Below, in pieces: positions 59,672 through 64,000 of a stretch of DNA of 64,000 bases; the first letter of the stretch is position 1, and each line of letters begins with the position of its first letter. Origin of the DNA: an uncultured Erysipelotrichaceae bacterium (GTDB taxonomy: Bacteria > Bacillota_I > Bacilli_A > RF39 > UBA660); NCBI GenBank assembly GCA_902797995.1, contig CADBUX010000011.1, positions 1,013 to 65,012 of the forward strand, written 5' to 3'. Under the pieces are notes generated by a model. The model had not been told where the DNA came from. It saw only the letters and a program-made list of their open reading frames with translations, and made no database searches. The translations under genes were made by a program, and so were the position numbers.

Positions 59672-61748
59672 TTTTTAATTTATTATTTCTTATTTTAAAC
59701 ATAATACTACCATCTTGATCTGTTCTATATATTTTGGAATTTCCTAAAGTATTTAACACTTCTTCATTTGGATGTCCATATCTGTTATTTTTTCCTACAC
59801 TTATAACACTATATTTTGGATTAACTTCATCTATAAACTCTTCACTACTACTTGTATTTGAACCATGATGTCCTACTTTAAGCACATCTACATTTGATAT
59901 ATTGTACTTTTCTAATATATCTTTTTCTTTATCTATTCCTGCATCTCCCATAAATAAATATTTTTTATTATTTATTTCTGTATAAATAACATTTGAATTA
60001 TCATTTTCATTATCATACTCTCTTGTTTGTAAAAACTTTAATTCAGTATCACCTATATCAAGTTTACTAATACAACTTTGATACTTTATATTTTTTCTAT
60101 CCAATACTTTAATCAAATCTTTTTCTAAATCATTGTATTCTCCGCAGTTAAAAATAACATTTTTTACCTTAAAGTTCTCCACTAAATACTTTGCTTCACC
60201 CATGTGGTCAAAGTCTCCATGAGTTAGTATTAGATTGTTTATTTTTTTGATACCTACTGATTTTAAATAAGGAATTAATTTATTTTTTGATATTTTGTAT
60301 CTATATTCTTTATTATCATGAGATACTATTCCACCAGTGTCTATCATTGTTACGTTATTGTTTATATTAATTAGACTACTGTCACCTTGTCCTACATCTA
60401 AGAATATAATGTAATTATCTTTTTTTAATGGTGACAGATAATTTATTAATAAAAATACTATTAAAAACACCAAATATTTTACTCTTTTTTTGTTTTTTGA
60501 GTTTAATAATTTACATATTATTACAAAATACAACACTATAAAAACTGTACTTATTTTACACATACTTATTTTACCTATGTTTATTGTGTTTAAAAACTGT
60601 GATAATGATTCAATTATCTTAATTAATAAGAATAAAAAATCATCTAGACCTGGAAAAACATAGCTTATCAGAGTGAATGGTAATAAAATAAATGAAACAT
60701 AAGGAACAAATACTAAGTTATATAATATAGACAAAAAGTTTACTTGATAAAAGTTATTTACTGTTATTGGATATGATACTAGGAATGCTATAGATGATAC
60801 TATTAACATTTGTTTTAATTTGTTACCTTTTATTAGGTTTGTATATTTTAATAAGCACAGTGATACTAAAAATGAATATTGCAAGCCTACATTATTTAAG
60901 TTAAGCGGATTAATAAACAGAATTATTGATAATGTAAGAAGCAGCAAGTTTATGTTATTTATTTCTAGTGCAAATAATTTATTTAATAGTAAAAAGCACG
61001 TAAATATTGCCCCTCTTAGGACTGACATAGAAAAGTTTGTTAAGAACATATAAAAAAGTAAAAAAGATATAATGATTATACTTTTTACTAATTGATGTGT
61101 TTTTAGTTTATCTAAAATTTTTGAAATTAAGTAAATGAATACTGATATATGAAGTCCTGATATAGCAAATAAATGACTTATACCATTTTCTCTATAAGAA
61201 GTCATTACTTCTTCATCTAGATAGGTGTTAACTCCAAATATTAGACTGTTTATATATGGATAAGATTTATTTAGTTTTTTTCCTCTTTGTAATAGTTTGT
61301 CTTTTGCTTTGTAAAAGATACTTGTTTTACTTTTTATTTTCTCTATTTTTGTTATTTCTATAACGTTATATATCTTGTTATTAGACAAGTATTTTTTATA
61401 ATTAAAGGTATTTGGAACTGTATTATTTGTTATATCTTTTCTTTTTCCAGTTATTAGTACTTTATTTCCTATAGAGTATGTTTTTAATAACTTGTTAGTT
61501 TCGTTTTCTTCTTTTGTATATAGGTATCCAATTACTTTTTCATTACCTTTTAAATTTAGTTTTAATCCATAATCATAAATTGTAAGATTGGTTATGATAA
61601 ACTCTTCACTGTTAAACTCATCATAGATTGTTATATACTCTAAATTATTAGATATTAAATAGAAAATTATTGCTATTAATAAAACAACATAATAAAGAAT
61701 ATTATGTTGTAATATGGTCTTTAATTTTTTCAAATAGTGATTCTCCAA
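59652..61748 (-). CDS. comEC: DNA internalization competence protein ComEC/Rec2
   Basis: Polytopic competence domain plus a C-terminal metallo-beta-lactamase motif (LILTHGDFDH...GHHGS). Confidence 0.85.
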   Translation of the reverse strand: MENHYLKKLKTILQHNILYYVVLLIAIIFYLISNNLEYITIYDEFNSEEFIITNLTIYDYGLKLNLKGNEKVIGYLYTKEENETNKLLKTYSIGNKVLITGKRKDITNNTVPNTFNYKKYLSNNKIYNVIEITKIEKIKSKTSIFYKAKDKLLQRGKKLNKSYPYINSLIFGVNTYLDEEVMTSYRENGISHLFAISGLHISVFIYLISKILDKLKTHQLVKSIIIISFLLFYMFLTNFSMSVLRGAIFTCFLLLNKLFALEINNINLLLLTLSIILFINPLNLNNVGLQYSFLVSLCLLKYTNLIKGNKLKQMLIVSSIAFLVSYPITVNNFYQVNFLSILYNLVFVPYVSFILLPFTLISYVFPGLDDFLFLLIKIIESLSQFLNTINIGKISMCKISTVFIVLYFVIICKLLNSKNKKRVKYLVFLIVFLLINYLSPLKKDNYIIFLDVGQGDSSLININNNVTMIDTGGIVSHDNKEYRYKISKNKLIPYLKSVGIKKINNLILTHGDFDHMGEAKYLVENFKVKNVIFNCGEYNDLEKDLIKVLDRKNIKYQSCISKLDIGDTELKFLQTREYDNENDNSNVIYTEINNKKYLFMGDAGIDKEKDILEKYNISNVDVLKVGHHGSNTSSSEEFIDEVNPKYSVISVGKNNRYGHPNEEVLNTLGNSKIYRTDQDGSIMFKIRNNKLKIETCSP

Positions 61749-62463
61749 TACCTGAAACTTCTTTTATTTCTTCAATAGTTTCAAACTTTTTAGTTTTACG
61801 ATACTCTATGATAGCGTCAGCTTTAGATTCTCCGATACCTGTTAAAGTTAATAGTTCTTCTTTAGTTGCAGTATTAATGGATACTAGTTTGTTTTCATCT
61901 TTTTCATTACTTTCATTTTTACTTGTTTTTGATTTTGTATTATTGCTTTCTTTATTAGCTATCTTAGTATTTGTTTCTTTTTTGTCACTATTATTTGAGG
62001 ATTCAATACAAGAGTTATTGGTAACTATATCGTTTTTACATTTTTCAAGCACTTTTTCTTCTTTCTCTTTGGTCTTTAAGTAATTTTTTATCTCATTTTT
62101 ACTATAAATAATTATTACCATTTCATCTGATAACTTCATACTTAAGTTATTTGCACTTGTATCAGCCTCTAAAGTTAGGCCTCCTGCTGTTTTTACTACA
62201 TCTATTACCCTTTTATCTTTATTCATAGTATAGACGCCTGGCTTTCTAACCTCTCCTTTAATGTCCACACTGTATTTGTCATTATTTTTTCTTTCTTCTT
62301 TTACTTCTGTTACTGGTTTATTATTTATTTCTTTTTTTAGCTTATTTATATCATTTGAAAAATAATAAAATATTCCAGCATTACCTAGTAAAAATACTAT
62401 GAGCAATAATAGACATAATATGTATTCCTTATACTCGGAATAGAGTTCTTTAATTTTTTCCAT
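61702..62463 (-). CDS. comEA: competence protein ComEA (membrane-anchored helix-hairpin-helix DNA receptor)
   Basis: N-terminal TM segment, and C-terminal tandem HhH motifs (INTATKEELLTLTGIGESKADAII and EVSGIGESLFEKI). Confidence 0.8.
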   Translation of the reverse strand: MEKIKELYSEYKEYILCLLLLIVFLLGNAGIFYYFSNDINKLKKEINNKPVTEVKEERKNNDKYSVDIKGEVRKPGVYTMNKDKRVIDVVKTAGGLTLEADTSANNLSMKLSDEMVIIIYSKNEIKNYLKTKEKEEKVLEKCKNDIVTNNSCIESSNNSDKKETNTKIANKESNNTKSKTSKNESNEKDENKLVSINTATKEELLTLTGIGESKADAIIEYRKTKKFETIEEIKEVSGIGESLFEKIKDHITT

Positions 62464-62509
62464 AAAAAAACCTCCCTACTATATAATTAGCAGTTCGGAG
62501 GTGTTTTAC

Positions 62510-63643
62510 CTAGTTTTTTTGTGATTTTTTTGAATTATTTTCATAACTTATTCTTTGAACCATAGCAAGTGCTAGTAATGTACACCAGCAGACACTACCA
62601 CCATAACTCATGAATGGAAGTGGTACTCCAGTCATCGGCATTATTCCTAAGACTCCAGTTAGGTTAACAACAATATGCATGAATAAGTAGAAACTTACAC
62701 CATAACAGATTAGTTGTTTGGCTATAGTTGGTGATTTTTTTCCTATAACAATGATTCTTACTAAGAGGACAAAGTATAATCCCATTAATACTACTGCTCC
62801 TGCTATACCCATTTCTTCTACAAATATAGCAAAGATGAAATCGGTATGAGCTTCAGGTAAATATAAATACTTTTGAGTGCTATTTCCCAAACCTTTTCCA
62901 GTAAGCCCTCCACCATTTATAGCAATATACCCATTACATAACTGGTTACCTGTTGTTATATATCTACTACATGGATCTTTATAATTAAATCTTTCTAATT
63001 TATCTTTAGGAAGTATTTTATCTCCTCCAGCCATTAAGACAATTCCTAGAAGGGCGGCAAAGATAAGTCCTAATCCTAGTATTCTTAATTTGATTCTATT
63101 TGATACTGGTGAGAAGAAAAACATAAGTAAACATAAACCTGTAAATATAATAGCAGTACCTAAATCCCCTTGAAATACTATAGTTCCTGCAACTATAGCT
63201 GCTACCACCATTGGAATCATCATTACTTTGAAATTGTGTCTATATTTATAATTACTATCATAAAAAGTTGCTATAAGAGGAATAATGGCAATTTTTACAA
63301 ATTCACTTGGTTGAATACCTAAACCATTATAATTGATCCACCCACTCATACCATTTATTACTTGTCCTAAAAGGGTTAATACTACAATTATACCTGTAAT
63401 ACCGAATGTTGCAAGCCATGATAAAACTGAATATGTTTTAGTGGAAAACATCATAAATATAAGACACGCTATTAAACCTGTAAAAAGGAAAATAGACTCT
63501 TTCATAAAATATCTACCAGGGTTTGCACCATTTAACATATAGGCAGTGACATTTGATGCAGAATAGATTGTTATTAGACCTATCGCAAATAGAATTACTG
63601 AAATAATTAAAAGTGGTTTATCTATTTTTTTTATTATTCCCAT
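62510..63643 (-). CDS. SEDS-family peptidoglycan polymerase (FtsW/RodA/SpoVE)
   Basis: About 10 TM helices and a conserved SEDS C-terminus (PLPFMSYGGS). Confidence 0.8.
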   Translation of the reverse strand: MGIIKKIDKPLLIISVILFAIGLITIYSASNVTAYMLNGANPGRYFMKESIFLFTGLIACLIFMMFSTKTYSVLSWLATFGITGIIVVLTLLGQVINGMSGWINYNGLGIQPSEFVKIAIIPLIATFYDSNYKYRHNFKVMMIPMVVAAIVAGTIVFQGDLGTAIIFTGLCLLMFFFSPVSNRIKLRILGLGLIFAALLGIVLMAGGDKILPKDKLERFNYKDPCSRYITTGNQLCNGYIAINGGGLTGKGLGNSTQKYLYLPEAHTDFIFAIFVEEMGIAGAVVLMGLYFVLLVRIIVIGKKSPTIAKQLICYGVSFYLFMHIVVNLTGVLGIMPMTGVPLPFMSYGGSVCWCTLLALAMVQRISYENNSKKSQKN

Positions 63644-63778
63644 CGTATTTTACCTCTATATAATAATAACACAAAAATGATGTAAATAAAATATTTTTCA
63701 AATAATTGGTTTTTTGTAATGTCAAAAATAGACTATGAATAATAAACTATATTAGAAAACAAAAAAAGGAGGATGTTT

Positions 63779-63940
63779 ATGTATTATTACGGAAACTCTT
63801 ATGGTTATGGCCAAGGATGTGGCTGCGGTGGTGGATCTTATTATCCATACTATGGTGGAGGATACAACAATGGTTATGCTATAATCTTAGTTTTATTTAT
63901 CCTACTAATAATCATAATTGGCGCAAGAAATTGGGCTTAA
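63779..63940 (+). CDS. YjcZ-family small sporulation protein (not in the supplied ORF track)
   Basis: Product is MYYYGNSYGYGQGCGCGGGSYYPYYGGGYNNGYAIILVLFILLIIIIGARNWA: a Gly/Tyr-rich head plus a hydrophobic tail, as in the YjcZ family. The RBS is AAAGGAGG. Confidence 0.5.
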   Translation: MYYYGNSYGYGQGCGCGGGSYYPYYGGGYNNGYAIILVLFILLIIIIGARNWA

Positions 63941-63948
63941 TATAAAAG

Positions 63949-63975
63949 AAAGGCAATAGATTTGCCTTTTTATTA
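63949..63975 (+). terminator. rho-independent terminator after the yjcZ-like ORF
   Basis: Hairpin aaaggcaa..ttgccttt followed by a T-run. Confidence 0.45.
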
Positions 63976-64000
63976 TGGGATTATTTTTAATAAATATTTT

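Overview
AT-rich (about 70% A+T by eye, not computed) chromosomal segment from an endospore-forming low-GC Firmicute (Clostridia/Erysipelotrichia-like). Most genes are on the minus strand and belong to the core genome. Cell division: ftsA, ftsZ. Sporulation/germination: spoIVA, spoIIGA-sigE, a spoIIIAH-like gene, gerE, a gerA-type germinant receptor operon, and an unlisted yjcZ-like small ORF. Housekeeping: ftsY, uppS, murD, the tmk-folA-thyA-guaD thymidylate cluster, priA, pdp, sigA plus a second sigma-70 paralog, rmuC, holA, efp, rpmG (unlisted), a PBP, lepB, rplS, pcrA, comEA/comEC and a SEDS protein. There are three tRNAs (Pro-UGG, Arg-UCU, Gly-GCC). Accessory content: (1) An integrated mobilizable element of about 9 kb (about 33.0-42.3 kb) next to tRNA-Gly encodes a large serine recombinase (TnpX-like), a MobV/Pre relaxase with a candidate oriT, four consecutive proteins of unknown function, and a compact, separately promoted operon of thymidylate kinase paralog, UDG-superfamily protein and MazG-like NTP pyrophosphohydrolase. 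This is the best candidate for an undescribed system. (2) A solitary MvaI/BcnI-family restriction endonuclease gene with no adjacent methyltransferase lies next to tRNA-Pro/tRNA-Arg and a tRNA-like sequence fragment. (3) A decaying locus contains a dinD-like gene broken by a single-base indel in an A6/T6 run and a YhcG-type PD-(D/E)XK nuclease fragment. (4) A beta-helix membrane protein gene is split by a frameshift. No CRISPR array, rRNA or obvious riboswitch was seen.
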